DNA of 64,000 bases from an uncultured Candidatus Saccharimonadales bacterium. GTDB taxonomy: Bacteria; Patescibacteriota; Saccharimonadia; UBA4664. Below the pieces are notes generated by a model. The model was not told the origin of the DNA. It ran no database searches and was given only the letters and a program-made list of their open reading frames with translations. Location of the stretch: assembly GCA_964467655.1 (NCBI GenBank), contig CAYXSN010000002.1, positions 27,327-91,326 on the forward strand, written 5' to 3'. The position numbers were made by a program, and so were the translations under genes. Positions 49,401-59,497 of this stretch are shown here, in pieces; within the stretch, counting starts at the first letter, position 1, and the number at the start of each line of letters is the position of its first letter.

Positions 49401-49748
49401 GACCTCAGGGCGCGCACGGTCCGCACCCTCGTGCTCATGCTGGCGCCCTTCGTGCCGCATCTGGCCGAAGAAATCTGGCACGAGCGACTGGGCCAAGAGG
49501 GGAGTGTCCACCGAGCACCATGGCCCAAATATGATCCAGAACTCATCAAAGACAACATTGTTACGGTAATCGTGCAGATCAATGGTAAATTGCGCGGTGA
49601 GCTGGTGGTGGCAGCCGATGCCACCGAGGACGACGTCAAGCAAGCCGCCCAAACCGATCCCAATGTGGCGCAGCACCTCGAAGGCAAAACCATTAGCAAG
49701 ACCATTGTGGTGCCCCGTAAGATCGTCAACTTTGTGGTGAAGCCCTAG
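46482..49748 (+). CDS. leuS: Leucyl-tRNA ligase with ASCH and NUDIX insertions
   Basis: FPYPSGDGLHVGH, YTTRPDT, GTGAIMAVPAHD, KMSKS, IVNFVV. Confidence 0.97.
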   Translation: MNKYDPHALEPKWQQVWADTNLYAATDDDHTRQKYYYLVEFPYPSGDGLHVGHVLSYTALDIMARHKRMQGYNVLYPMGFDEFGLPTENYAIKHKIAPQVATQANVANFRRQLKSLGLSFDWNREVRTSDPNYYKWTQWIFLKLLEKGLAYQAELPINWCPFCKTGLANEEVVDGKHERCGTPVEKKLLTQWMLKITAYADRLAEDLKTVDYLDRIATQQINWIGRSEGAEIDFTLADHDYDVADSLKFTPELTKLVQAGTKTNTIRLEPKNLKVGDYTRLITRYDADRTQSFAIAKITKVEKHALSDIPVDLGGHEPFANKAEQLASYRKYYGDAVTAETEFTIYYFETVANTVTVYTTRPDTIFGATFLVVSPEVAKTWIDSGWKAPKPAAEYIDAALKASELSRQEESKVKTGVDTGITAIHPLTGNPVPVWVADYVLGSYGTGAIMAVPAHDERDYEFAKAFDLPVTYVVEPRTGTGPDAPVQRPSIVAVLLDQSGERVVSMDHHGRHDNWGGHLLIGGGIDQGEQPIDTARREIIEETGYTDFELVEQAPFQIHHQYFSAEKKINRLAVTTGFLFKLTSDQRAELKLTDSEKRNSVEPVWLPITDALTSVKDEMHSLWLRFFTQGTSFAANGPLINSGEFNGLSGTEAKRAIIKALFDKGAGRGATKYRLRDWIFSRQHYWGEPIPVVHCPKDGVVPVPVDQLPIELPKVDHYEPTDTGESPLAAITDWVNTTCPKCGGPAKRETDTMPNWAGSSWYFLRYTDPHNAKEFASAENLKYWTPVDLYNGGMEHTTLHLLYSRFWHKFLYDEGLVPTSEPYARRRSHGMILGPDGQKMSKSKGNVINPDSVVAQYGADTIRLYEMFMGPFDEVKAWSEDHLNGVSRFMYRVWTWLDDLTDDAETLAGSVGYENDLGAFTVATDRIVHKTLKKVHHDIEDMHFNTAVSAMMELVNYLTSADVKRKLRQANAADLRARTVRTLVLMLAPFVPHLAEEIWHERLGQEGSVHRAPWPKYDPELIKDNIVTVIVQINGKLRGELVVAADATEDDVKQAAQTDPNVAQHLEGKTISKTIVVPRKIVNFVVKP

Positions 49749-49753
49749 CTAAC

Positions 49754-50353
49754 ATGACGCGCCACGAAACACCAGATCCCCGAGAAGTTGATGGATTCGA
49801 AGCCGCCCAAAAACAAGGCCTCCTGCCATTAGTTTCGGACACAGCACCCACGCTAGAAATCCAGCCTCCAGCCGGTGCCATGCTAGATACTCACATTATT
49901 TCATCAGTAATTGGTTTTTTTGCTTGCGTCGTCGGTATCTTACTGATTGATAAATTTCTAAAACCACCTGACATCGTTTTTATAGGTCAGGTGGTGATTA
50001 CAGGCTCATTGATGTTCTGGTATTGGCTATGGAAAACAGCCAAAATCGGCGAAGTGGCCGTCAGTGAATTCAGTCGAGGCTATACCACTATTCAGAGATT
50101 AGTATTCGGTAACTTTTGGCTTGGATCATCCCGGACATCATGGTGGAATGATGATCGGATAGGATGGGACTTTACCGGTTTGTGGCGACTTGATCCCAAG
50201 AGTGGAGCTGTAATAGCAGCACCCAACAGAACTGTAACACCTCCCGGATTCTATCCATCACCATTCAAATCGGGCAAGTTTCAGCAATGGACAGGCAGTG
50301 AGTGGATATCAGTGTACCGTGACGCCAATAAAAAAATGGGAGAGTCCTTCTAG
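49754..50353 (+). CDS. Membrane protein with a C-terminal DUF2510-like motif
   Basis: Two TM helices; PPGFYPSP...QWTGSEW. Confidence 0.65.
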   Translation: MTRHETPDPREVDGFEAAQKQGLLPLVSDTAPTLEIQPPAGAMLDTHIISSVIGFFACVVGILLIDKFLKPPDIVFIGQVVITGSLMFWYWLWKTAKIGEVAVSEFSRGYTTIQRLVFGNFWLGSSRTSWWNDDRIGWDFTGLWRLDPKSGAVIAAPNRTVTPPGFYPSPFKSGKFQQWTGSEWISVYRDANKKMGESF

Positions 50354-50847
50354 CCTGCCGGGCGATTGAACCACACAAAGTCACTCTCGATCTTACGGTA
50401 GTGATCGGCTATTATAGCGATACATGCGGCGAGAGTGTCAGCGTCAAACTTCACTTACGACAAGCGGCAGCATATTCATTTCGAGTAGCCGTGGCCGGAA
50501 TCCCTGGAGATAACTGGCTTAGCTTAGCCCTACTGGTGGGGCGCGCTGCCAACTGGTGCGACGACATGCGCATCGTCTTCGACCCGCAGATAGTGAGTGA
50601 AGTGCTGCGTGCGCGCGGTTTTCTGCCCCTTCAACCGGGCGAAACCATGCCAGAAGAAGGCTACCTCGAGAAGCTAGCCTATGTAATTCGTTTTGCAGCT
50701 CATGGCGGTGAATGCGGCTACCTGCATCCCGACACCGGCATGACCGTCGCATCCATCGCTCAAGATCACAGAGTACAGCCACTTGTCGGACGATTCTATC
50801 AGGATGGTGAACTCAATCCGGGGTCGAATGATGTAGTGCTGAACTTG

Positions 50848-51402
50848 TTATTTGTGCAAACTGCGCAGGTGGAAGACGCCCAGCGCAATGAGGAGTGCCA
50901 TTACGGCAGCTGCCCCAAAGAACACATACATAGCGTACTGAGCGATTAGGCCAAAGCGCGAAAAGGCATAGGCAGTAAGCAAGCTCGACCTGAGCATATC
51001 ACCCTGGAATAAGGTGGTTTTCTGGCCAGCCAGCTTCTGGTCGGTCGGGTTGGCCCGGGACAGCTCACTCACTTCGGAATAAGTTTTACCGTCGGCGATC
51101 TTCATCATGTGCACCCAAATGAATTCATCGGCATAGGCTTTGGCCTTATCGCCGTTATCCACTTGCTGGCCGGCATATTTTTGGAGGCCAGGGAACTCTT
51201 TGGGGTCAAGCGCAGCGCTCCCGGCTGGCGGGAAGAACACCTTTTCCTGGACAAGCTGACTCTTAATCTGGTCATCGGCAAACCGGTTAGCCCATTGCGC
51301 CAGAAAGCCACCACCGGTAAGGGCGACAAACACAATGACGCCGAGTCCTATTAATACCTTATCAAGCTGTTTACGACTGCTTTGCTTCACGTTGCGTTCC
51401 AA
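50848..51402 (-). CDS. Conserved-type two-TM membrane protein
   Basis: TM..YAGQQVDNGDKAKAYADEFI..TLFQGDMLRSSLLTAYAF..TM. Confidence 0.75.
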   Translation of the reverse strand: MERNVKQSSRKQLDKVLIGLGVIVFVALTGGGFLAQWANRFADDQIKSQLVQEKVFFPPAGSAALDPKEFPGLQKYAGQQVDNGDKAKAYADEFIWVHMMKIADGKTYSEVSELSRANPTDQKLAGQKTTLFQGDMLRSSLLTAYAFSRFGLIAQYAMYVFFGAAAVMALLIALGVFHLRSLHK

Positions 51403-51456
51403 TTTTTATATACCTATTTCATAGCATAAGCAGTATAAAATAGCTATCATACTACT

Positions 51457-52140
51457 ATGCCTATTGGCCACGACGACCCCTTTATCGATTATTATCATGT
51501 ATTAGGTGTGCCTCCGGCAGCCTCAGGCGAGGAGGTCAAACAGGCTTATCGCCAAGCCGCCAAAAAAGCCCATCCAGATGCGGGCGGCAGCTCGGCAGCC
51601 ATGGATAGCCTCAACCAGGCCTATGCCGTACTGGGTGATCCAGCCAAGCGGGCGATATTTGATCAAGAGCGCCAGCTTCATGATGCCCCGCCGCCGGTCC
51701 AGCCATCTGCGTCTGCTGCCGCATCTTCGCCGGTCCAATCCGACGCTCAGCTCCACGCCGCCCGCCAGGAATTGCGTCGCCTCAGGGTGGCCTACGCCCG
51801 CCATTCAGGCCTGGAAATCATTCGGTGGTCGCTGGTAGCCGGCGCCGGCCTGGGAGCCCTGATGTGGCTGTTTGGCGGCTTGATTACCGGTGGTGTTGTC
51901 CGGGCAATACTCTTGGTGGGCTTGGGCGGCAGTGGCTTTGGCCTGGTCTTTGGCATCACCTGTCTGACGGATCCCGATCACCGTTTGGTATTGTTCGACC
52001 TGTCTTGGCGGCACCGTCAATTTCCGGACAGGCAGTGGTGGCTCATCACGGCAGCCCAGTTTGTGACAGGAGTTTTACTTGGCGCTGGTCTTGGCTGGTG
52101 GCTATTGTCTCAGGCTCCTTCCAGTCTTTTTGGAGCTTGA
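51457..52140 (+). CDS. J-domain membrane protein
   Basis: DYYHVLGV..HPD..LNQAYAVL; C-terminal TM helices. Confidence 0.88.
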   Translation: MPIGHDDPFIDYYHVLGVPPAASGEEVKQAYRQAAKKAHPDAGGSSAAMDSLNQAYAVLGDPAKRAIFDQERQLHDAPPPVQPSASAAASSPVQSDAQLHAARQELRRLRVAYARHSGLEIIRWSLVAGAGLGALMWLFGGLITGGVVRAILLVGLGGSGFGLVFGITCLTDPDHRLVLFDLSWRHRQFPDRQWWLITAAQFVTGVLLGAGLGWWLLSQAPSSLFGA

Positions 52141-52192
52141 GCGGGTTGCATATCCAAGAGGCATCTGGCAATGTAAGACCAGTCGGTACCTT

Positions 52193-53332
52193 ATGCCTCA
52201 TTCCAAAGTCCTCGTCATCCTTCCTACCTATAACGAAGCCAGGAATGTCGAACCGCTCCTTGCCCAGATCTTTGCCATCGGCGATACCATGCCCGGTTGG
52301 CACTTTGATGTCCTGGTCATGGACGACACGTCACCTGACGGCACCGCCCGGATTGTCCGCCGATTAGCCGACAATCAATACCCGGGACGGCTGTTTCTTC
52401 AGTCTGGCCCAAAAGAGGGGCTGGGCCGGGCCTTGCAACGGGCGTTTGACGAAGCCCTCAAGCGCGACCACGATGTCGTGCTGACGATGGATGCCGACTT
52501 TTCTCATAGCCCCCAAGACATCCCGGCTCTCATGGCCGCCGTCGACAGCGGTGCCGATGTCGCCGTGGGCTCACGTTATGTTGAGGGTGGCCTCATCCCC
52601 GGTAACTGGCCGCTGCGCCTCATCATCCGCACCCGGTTGGCCACAGCCATGGCCCACTGGCTGGGCGGCGTCAGTCATGACCTGCATGAGCTCACAACCA
52701 ACTTTCGCGCCATCCGCCGGCCGGTCTTGGAGGCCATCCCGTACAACCAAATCCAGGCCAATGGTTATGGTATCCAGATCTTTCTAGCAAATGCCATCAC
52801 CGACGGGCCTTATAAGGTCGCCGAGGTCCCCATTACCTTCAGGAGCCGGGCTCATGGCAATTCCAAAGCCAAACTCGGTGATGTTATCGAATTCTTGCGT
52901 ATAGCCTATCAGCTCAATCCTGATTCGCCGGCCAAACAAGCCCTGAGGTTTGTGGCTGTGGGTACGAGTGGCACCATAGTGAACTTGCTGGCCCTGTGGC
53001 AGTTTCAGAAGCTCACAGGTAGTACGCTGCCGTATATCTCATTGATGGCCATCCAGGTCAGTGTTATCTGGAACTTTCTATTGCATAACTTATTTACGTT
53101 CCGTGAGCCGTCGGGCCGGCACCATCAATCAAACGTCATCATGAGGTTTTTTAAATACGAAGGAGCTGTTCTATTATCGCAAACGCTCATGCTTGGCATG
53201 TATAGTTTGCTCACCTGGTTTGGGCTACAATTTCTGGTCGCCCAGCTGATCGGCATTGTAACGGCCTTTGTCGTCAACTATCATCTGTCGATTACGTATA
53301 TTTGGAACAAACCAGGTGATCATGCTGAGTGA
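52193..53332 (+). CDS. GT2 polyprenyl-phosphate glycosyltransferase fused to a GtrA-like flippase
   Basis: LPTYNE, DDTSPDGT, MDADFSH, GSRY; RFVAVGTSGTIVN..WNFLLHNLFTF. Confidence 0.9.
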   Translation: MPHSKVLVILPTYNEARNVEPLLAQIFAIGDTMPGWHFDVLVMDDTSPDGTARIVRRLADNQYPGRLFLQSGPKEGLGRALQRAFDEALKRDHDVVLTMDADFSHSPQDIPALMAAVDSGADVAVGSRYVEGGLIPGNWPLRLIIRTRLATAMAHWLGGVSHDLHELTTNFRAIRRPVLEAIPYNQIQANGYGIQIFLANAITDGPYKVAEVPITFRSRAHGNSKAKLGDVIEFLRIAYQLNPDSPAKQALRFVAVGTSGTIVNLLALWQFQKLTGSTLPYISLMAIQVSVIWNFLLHNLFTFREPSGRHHQSNVIMRFFKYEGAVLLSQTLMLGMYSLLTWFGLQFLVAQLIGIVTAFVVNYHLSITYIWNKPGDHAE

Positions 53333-54593
53333 CTTACAGACATGGCTGCTGACCGTCTTTGCTGCCATGCTGACGGTACATGGTTTTGTAAACTTATATT
53401 TAACGCTGTATGCTTGGGCGGATCCAGCCCGTATCGACCAGGCCCGTGCACCCAAGACCTTCAGGCCGCCGTTGTTTGGCTTTAGCCTGTTGCTGCCAAG
53501 TCGCCACGAGCACCAGGTGATTGGCGAAACGCTCCGCCGGTTGGCGACGATCAACTATCCCGTCCACAAATTCGAGCTCATCGTCCTGTGTACACCTGAC
53601 GATCAGGCGACGATCAACGCCGCCCGAGCCAGTATTGCGCGTTACCGCATTGGCAACGCCCGCGTGGTTGTCTTCGATCCTCCCAGCGGCAAAGCCCGGG
53701 CCATGAATATCGGCTTGGCAGCCGCTCGCCATGAACTGGTCACAATTTTTGATGCCGAAGACGATGTCAGCCCCGATATCCTCAATATTGCCAACACGCT
53801 GTATCATAATCAGGCTATTGATATCCTCCAGGGCGGAGTTCAGTTGATGAACTTTGACAGCCAGTGGTTTAGTGCTGCCAACGTGCTGGAATATTTCTTT
53901 TGGTTTAAGTCACGGATGCACTATTACGCCCGATCAGGCATCGTGCCCTTGGGAGGCAATACGGTATTTTTTAAAAAGCGCGATGTATTGCACGTTGGCG
54001 GTTGGGACGAGAAGTGTCTAACCGAAGATGCCGACATTGGCATCCGTCTGAGTCTGGCCGGTAAGCGGTTTGGCGTGATGTATGATGCCGCTCATGTCAC
54101 CAGAGAGGAAACGCCGGCCACCGTGGCTGCCTTCATCAAGCAACGGACTCGCTGGAACCAGGGATTTCTACAGATCACCGGCAAAGGCGACTGGCGACGG
54201 TTATCCAGGATCAAACAGATCAGTCTGGTACTGTATATCCTAGAGAGTCCTAGTTTTATGGCCTGGGTGCTCGCTTTGGCGCCGGTTACCTTGTTTCTTG
54301 GTTGGTACGTGCAAGCCAACATCCTGGTAAGCCTGTTGTCATTCATGCCATTAATCCTCAGCGTGCTCAATATAGTAGTGAGCCTGGTCGGCCTCTATGA
54401 ATTTGGTCAAGAGCAAGTGTGTCGCATCAGATGGCGCCATTACTTCAAATTCTTACTGGCCTACCTGCCGTATCAGTTGATGCTAGCTGCTGCCTCCTGG
54501 AGAGCCCTCTGGCGGCATTATCGAGGCCAGCATGCTTGGGAAAAAACTGCCCACTTCGGGGCGCATCGACCGGCCGGAGGGAGTTCGCTATGA
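53322..54593 (+). CDS. Processive GT2 (cellulose-synthase-like) glycosyltransferase
   Basis: KARAMN, FDAED, LTEDAD, QRTRW. Confidence 0.92.
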   Translation: MLSDLQTWLLTVFAAMLTVHGFVNLYLTLYAWADPARIDQARAPKTFRPPLFGFSLLLPSRHEHQVIGETLRRLATINYPVHKFELIVLCTPDDQATINAARASIARYRIGNARVVVFDPPSGKARAMNIGLAAARHELVTIFDAEDDVSPDILNIANTLYHNQAIDILQGGVQLMNFDSQWFSAANVLEYFFWFKSRMHYYARSGIVPLGGNTVFFKKRDVLHVGGWDEKCLTEDADIGIRLSLAGKRFGVMYDAAHVTREETPATVAAFIKQRTRWNQGFLQITGKGDWRRLSRIKQISLVLYILESPSFMAWVLALAPVTLFLGWYVQANILVSLLSFMPLILSVLNIVVSLVGLYEFGQEQVCRIRWRHYFKFLLAYLPYQLMLAAASWRALWRHYRGQHAWEKTAHFGAHRPAGGSSL

Positions 54594-57184
54594 AGCGGCT
54601 GGTAAGCCTACTCAAGCGCCCTGAGACCTGGCTGGTGGTAGGACTGTTGGTGGTAGCTGGCCTGATACAAGGCTGGAATCTATCAGGTTACCCCTACATC
54701 GAAAACGATGAAGCCACCTATGTCTCTCGAGGATGGCATTTTATCACCACCGGCCAGCTTGATGTTTATACGTACCGCTATGATCACGCCCCCTTGGGTT
54801 GGATGACAATCGGCGCCTGGCTCTGGCTGACAGGGGGGACCAACAATTGGTTTGGTTCACTCGTGATGAGCGGCCGGGTGTTTATGCTGGTCATCCATGT
54901 ATTGTCGTGCCTGCTTTTATACAGCGTAACGAAGCGGCTCACTCACGGCAGCCGGGCCGCGGCAGCCGGCGCCGTCATCATCTTCAGCCTGACGCCTCTG
55001 GGGATCTACTTCCAGAGACGGGTGCTGCTGGATAACCTGATGACATGTTGGGTGCTCCTGAGCCTGTGGTGGGCCACCCGACCGGCACACCAGCTCAAAC
55101 ATTATATCTGGAGCGCAGTCTGGCTGGGTATAGCGGTGCTCACCAAACTCAACGCCATCTTTTTTGTACCGGCTTTCTGGTTTCTCATCTGGAAGAAGGC
55201 CGACCCCGGTCACCGGCTGCACGCCTTGCTGTATTGGACATTTGTGGTCGGAGCCATTATTTTCAATTTCTTCCTCTATGCCACCCTCAAAGGCGAACTC
55301 TTGCCGGCACCTCACGACGCGGCCGGCAACCCCACTCACGTGAGCGTGGTGGAGACCTTCCAGCTACAATTGGGGCGCGGTGATTTTGCTTGGCCATGGC
55401 AGCCCCAAAGTAGTTTTTGGCAAAATATCCAGGGCTGGGGTCTCAAAGACCCGTTCTTGTTGTTGGCGGGAGCCTTAGGTTTGACTGGTTTGAGCGTACT
55501 GGCCATCTGGCGCCGCCGGCACTACCCGTATTTACTAACCCTGGTACTGGCCACCTGGCTCTATATAGCATTTCTGGCTCGTGGCAAAATCGTGATTGAC
55601 CTGTACATTGTGCCACTTGTGCCGTTGCTTGCGGCCACAGTAGCCGGTTTTTGGGCTGTGCTCGGTCAAACGCTCTGGCCCCGCCGCTGGCGCTTCTTCA
55701 GGTGGCTGCACTTGGCCGTCGGGCTGGCGTTGTGTCTTACCACTGTCTGGGGGATGGGCGCCAAACCGTACACCGTCAACGAAACGCATAACCAGCTGGC
55801 GGCGCTTGATTGGGTGAAAGCTCGGTTGCCCAAAAACTCGCAGATCGTCACCGACAATTACGCCTACCCGTACCTGGCACAGGAGCAAGGCTACCAAAAC
55901 GTCAATTATTTCTTTAATGCCGAATACGACCCTGAAGTCAGGCGCATCTATGGAGATGACTGGCGCAATCTCAATTACCTGGTGCTCAGTCACGAGATTG
56001 TCAGTCAGATCAAAGCCGGTACCACGCCGCGCCTCAAGCAGATTCTCGACCATAGCCGATTAATAGCCGATTTTAGTGATCGCACTACAAGCTTTGTCGA
56101 CCTCAAGAATTACATTTCCACAAATGGTGACTGGGTACAGGTCTATCAGATAAAAGACCGCAACGAGATAGTATTACAAGATGCGTGGACTTATTTCAAG
56201 CAACATTTCATCACAGGGTACGGCCAGGTGATCGATCCGAACAACCAGGGGCTGACCACTTCGACAGCCCAGACCCAAACCATGGCCAGAGCGGTGGCCG
56301 AAAATGATCAGAAGACCTTCGAGGGAGTGTGGCAATGGACGCAGGATCATTTGAGGCATCGCCAGAGTGACGTGCTGCTGTCATGGAAATGGACTGCCTC
56401 GGTGAGTGGTAGCTACAGTCTAGCTGACGCCAATAACGTCTGCGCAGCCGATCAACAAGCCGCCGCTGCCCTCTATGCCGCCAATGACAAATGGCCGGGC
56501 TTTGGCTATCATATCGCCGCCGCCCGTCAGACAGCTGATTGGTGGGCCAAATGCGTTTTTAAAGCCGGCGGCCGGTATTTTGTTGATTCTTCAGCCGACG
56601 GCAGCCGCAATCCGCATCTGGTGAATCCGGGATACTTCGACCCTGCCTTATATGCTTATCTGGCCACCAAACAACCTTCATACGAATGGTCCCAGCTGAT
56701 GAGCGACGGCTACCAAACTACCAGCAGTCTATTGGATAAGGGCCCTCTACCCGACTGGATACTTGTGAGTGCCAACGGTGAAGTTACTTCAGCCCGCAGT
56801 GTTATGGGAGCGACGGCCGATGCCTTTGGGTATGATAGTCTCGACCTGGTCTACCACTTAGCTCAAGAAAGCCTGGCGGCCGATGAGCTGAGGGCTGCCG
56901 CCGCCCGTCAGGTGCTCGACCGGCTGGCCGCGCCATTACGAGAATTCAGAACTCGGACCGACTCGCCGCCCGCCGATATCGCCTGGCTGATACACGCCCA
57001 GACAGCGCAGCCAGCAGACAAACAGCAGCTTCAAACCCTGTACGCCTACGAAATATTTGACCAGTACCATCAGGGAGAAGGGTTCTGGGGGGATGGGCGC
57101 AGCTATCAGGACCAACTGTGGTACTGGCAATGGCATGATTTGCAGAGACATCTGCCGGCGGCCTCTCGATTGGAGCTTAAGTGA
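54590..57184 (+). CDS. GT-C (ArnT/PMT-like) glycosyltransferase fused to a GH8-like domain
   Basis: DEATY, YDHAPLGW, multi-TM; C-terminal FEGVWQWT, LLSWKW, NPGYF, LPDW, FGYD. Confidence 0.82.
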   Translation: MKRLVSLLKRPETWLVVGLLVVAGLIQGWNLSGYPYIENDEATYVSRGWHFITTGQLDVYTYRYDHAPLGWMTIGAWLWLTGGTNNWFGSLVMSGRVFMLVIHVLSCLLLYSVTKRLTHGSRAAAAGAVIIFSLTPLGIYFQRRVLLDNLMTCWVLLSLWWATRPAHQLKHYIWSAVWLGIAVLTKLNAIFFVPAFWFLIWKKADPGHRLHALLYWTFVVGAIIFNFFLYATLKGELLPAPHDAAGNPTHVSVVETFQLQLGRGDFAWPWQPQSSFWQNIQGWGLKDPFLLLAGALGLTGLSVLAIWRRRHYPYLLTLVLATWLYIAFLARGKIVIDLYIVPLVPLLAATVAGFWAVLGQTLWPRRWRFFRWLHLAVGLALCLTTVWGMGAKPYTVNETHNQLAALDWVKARLPKNSQIVTDNYAYPYLAQEQGYQNVNYFFNAEYDPEVRRIYGDDWRNLNYLVLSHEIVSQIKAGTTPRLKQILDHSRLIADFSDRTTSFVDLKNYISTNGDWVQVYQIKDRNEIVLQDAWTYFKQHFITGYGQVIDPNNQGLTTSTAQTQTMARAVAENDQKTFEGVWQWTQDHLRHRQSDVLLSWKWTASVSGSYSLADANNVCAADQQAAAALYAANDKWPGFGYHIAAARQTADWWAKCVFKAGGRYFVDSSADGSRNPHLVNPGYFDPALYAYLATKQPSYEWSQLMSDGYQTTSSLLDKGPLPDWILVSANGEVTSARSVMGATADAFGYDSLDLVYHLAQESLAADELRAAAARQVLDRLAAPLREFRTRTDSPPADIAWLIHAQTAQPADKQQLQTLYAYEIFDQYHQGEGFWGDGRSYQDQLWYWQWHDLQRHLPAASRLELK

Positions 57185-58341
57185 TTAAAAACTGTTGCTC
57201 GTTACGAACCTGGCTCTGGCTGGCAGCTCTCGGGGCTACTATTGCCCTCGGTGGCACGGTTCTGCTACTGAGTCAGCTCGAAGGCACTGACTGGCTGCCA
57301 CAGCCAGCCAGTCCCCGGGTCAGCAATGAGGTCGAAAGAATTGCCGTGAACCAGCTCGATGATTATCTACGCTGGTTAACCGAAAACCAGGCCTCGGGTT
57401 ACATCGGCGAAACCGGCTGGCCTGTTGGCACCGATCATTCCCGCTGGAACGCTGTGGCTGATGTCTGGTTTCAGGCAGCCAAACCACACGACATCTGGGT
57501 GACAGGCTGGGCGGCCGGCAGCCATTGGGGTGACTACCAATTATTACTCTATGGCTCCCGTAATGGCCATAGCCTCGACACTGCCAGTCCAGCCGCCGGC
57601 AGTCTGGAGGCTGCTCTGCGCCAGCCCCACCAGGGACGCTATGGCGTCAACCTAGCCGGCCTGGAGTTTGGTAATGCTACCAGCCAAAATCCTGGCCAGC
57701 CCGGTGTCGACTATTTTCCTGAACCGGCCGCCAGCTACAACTATCTGGCAAGTCGGGGCATTAAGCTAATCCGTTTGCCGGTGCGGTGGGAGCGACTCCA
57801 GCCTGAGCTAGGTGAGCCGCTCAAGGGTACTGAAGTGGCTGCCCTACGAACTCAACTTGACCAGGCCGCCGCCGCCGGTTTGTCTGTGGTGCTCGACTTG
57901 CACAACTATGGTCGCTACCGTACCGGCGCAAATGAATTAGTACTAGGCACCAGTCAACTGACTGCCGGCCATGTAAGCGATTTTTGGATCAGGCTGACGC
58001 AAGAATTGGGTAACCATCAGGCGGTTATCGCCATAGGACTCATGAATGAACCACATGATCTGCCGGCCGCCGAGGGCTCCACCAGCGCCCAAACCTGGGA
58101 AGATATCAGCCAGACAGTGGTCAACGAGGTACGCCGATCAGGATTTCATAAGACCATCACGGTGGCCGGCTACGATTGGTCAAGCCTGGCCCGCTGGCGC
58201 TCAAATCATCCTCGGGCCTGGATCCAAGATCCCGATGCCAATATCAGGTATGAAGCCCATCATTATTGGGATGCCGATGGCAGTGGCAAGTATATCCAGT
58301 CGTTCGACGGAGAACTATCGGCCTCCAGTCTGCGGCAATAA
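57181..58341 (+). CDS. GH5 endoglucanase-like protein, circularly permuted
   Basis: GVNLAGLEFG, RLPVRWERLQP, DLHNY, MNEPH, EAHHY; the GETG/WAAG block lies N-terminal. Confidence 0.85.
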   Translation: MIKNCCSLRTWLWLAALGATIALGGTVLLLSQLEGTDWLPQPASPRVSNEVERIAVNQLDDYLRWLTENQASGYIGETGWPVGTDHSRWNAVADVWFQAAKPHDIWVTGWAAGSHWGDYQLLLYGSRNGHSLDTASPAAGSLEAALRQPHQGRYGVNLAGLEFGNATSQNPGQPGVDYFPEPAASYNYLASRGIKLIRLPVRWERLQPELGEPLKGTEVAALRTQLDQAAAAGLSVVLDLHNYGRYRTGANELVLGTSQLTAGHVSDFWIRLTQELGNHQAVIAIGLMNEPHDLPAAEGSTSAQTWEDISQTVVNEVRRSGFHKTITVAGYDWSSLARWRSNHPRAWIQDPDANIRYEAHHYWDADGSGKYIQSFDGELSASSLRQ

Positions 58342-58431
58342 AGACGTCGAGCCCGCCGTCTCGCCGCGCCCACTCGCGCTACAGGTTGCCAAAGAGTCAT
58401 CGGATCTGGTATAATCTGCTCCAAGAGTGCG

Positions 58432-58827
58432 ATGCACATCAATGTACGAGACATTTTAGCGCAGGATATCGGCTACCGCCGGGCCTTTACTATATCAGAT
58501 GAACATCCTGATTTGGTTGAAGTTGACCTGGTAGAGCCAATCAGCGGATCGCTTACCCTGACGAAAACGGCCGCCCAGGCTGTGGCTGCCAAAGGAGTAA
58601 TCCAAACTGTTATCAAGCTAGAATGTCACAGGTGCTTGCGCCCTTTTGACCATCAGGTGAACGTATCGATCAAACAGGTCTACGCGACAAAACCTGTAGA
58701 TGATGAGCAGGCTATCGTCAAAGACGAGATCAGCCTCGATGAAGTTATCCAGCAGGAAATCGTGCTGAGTTTACCCATCAAAATTCTCGATCGTCCCGAT
58801 TGCCCTGGCCTTGATTGGTCAAATTAA
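58432..58827 (+). CDS. yceD: YceD/DUF177 family protein
   Basis: ECHRCL, QEIVLSLPIK..CPGL; upstream of rpmF. Confidence 0.85.
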   Translation: MHINVRDILAQDIGYRRAFTISDEHPDLVEVDLVEPISGSLTLTKTAAQAVAAKGVIQTVIKLECHRCLRPFDHQVNVSIKQVYATKPVDDEQAIVKDEISLDEVIQQEIVLSLPIKILDRPDCPGLDWSN

Positions 58828-58857
58828 GCCACTAGCTCTAACGAAAGGTAACATATC

Positions 58858-59016
58858 ATGGCAGTACCCAAAAAACGCACCACTCGTGGCGCGCAAGGCC
58901 AGCGCCGGTCGCATCTAGCGCTCAAAGCCGCCCAACTCGTGCGCACCACAGCTGGTGGCCTGGTCCCACGTCGGCTCAAAAAGGCGGTTGAGCTGGGACT
59001 TATCAAGCGTGGCTAG
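58858..59016 (+). CDS. rpmF: 50S ribosomal protein L32 (Cys-less)
   Basis: [19 protein letters not shown], translated by hand. Confidence 0.92.
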   Translation: MAVPKKRTTRGAQGQRRSHLALKAAQLVRTTAGGLVPRRLKKAVELGLIKRG

Positions 59017-59497
59017 CAATCGCCATCTTGGCCGCATCGTGGCTATGCAGACGCTGTACGAACATGATTTCCGGGGCGGTGAAGCCTCAGGACTCAAGTT
59101 ACCGGCTATCCTCGAGCGCAACCTTGATGAGTTTAGGTCAAACATCGAAGACACCAATTTTGTCCAAGATGTAGTTGATGGTGTGTCGGCTCACCAAGCG
59201 GACATCGACGCCATTATCGGCCCGGCGGCCCCCGAATGGCCGGTCGATCAAATTGCCAAGATCGATAAAATCATTCTGAGGATCGGCGTGTACGAACTGA
59301 TTATCAAGCGCGAAGTACCTCCCAAAGTAGCTATCAACGAAGCCGTCGAACTGGCCAAAACCTTTGGCGGCGAAAACTCAAGTAAATTTATCAATGGTGT
59401 CTTGGGCACCATTTACCGCTCAAGCGATTTTTATGAACCAGAACCAGACCCCGAATCCCAACCAACCGAAAACCCAACGGAAGCCAATCAAGCGTAA
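59009..59497 (+). CDS. nusB: Transcription antitermination factor NusB
   Basis: [35 protein letters not shown]. Confidence 0.93.
   Translation: MASNRHLGRIVAMQTLYEHDFRGGEASGLKLPAILERNLDEFRSNIEDTNFVQDVVDGVSAHQADIDAIIGPAAPEWPVDQIAKIDKIILRIGVYELIIKREVPPKVAINEAVELAKTFGGENSSKFINGVLGTIYRSSDFYEPEPDPESQPTENPTEANQA

Noticed and set aside
50401-50949. 182-aa ORF
   Set aside because: Possibly a real or partial gene, but the start is unclear and it overlaps the convergent gene by ~100 nt; not confidently callable
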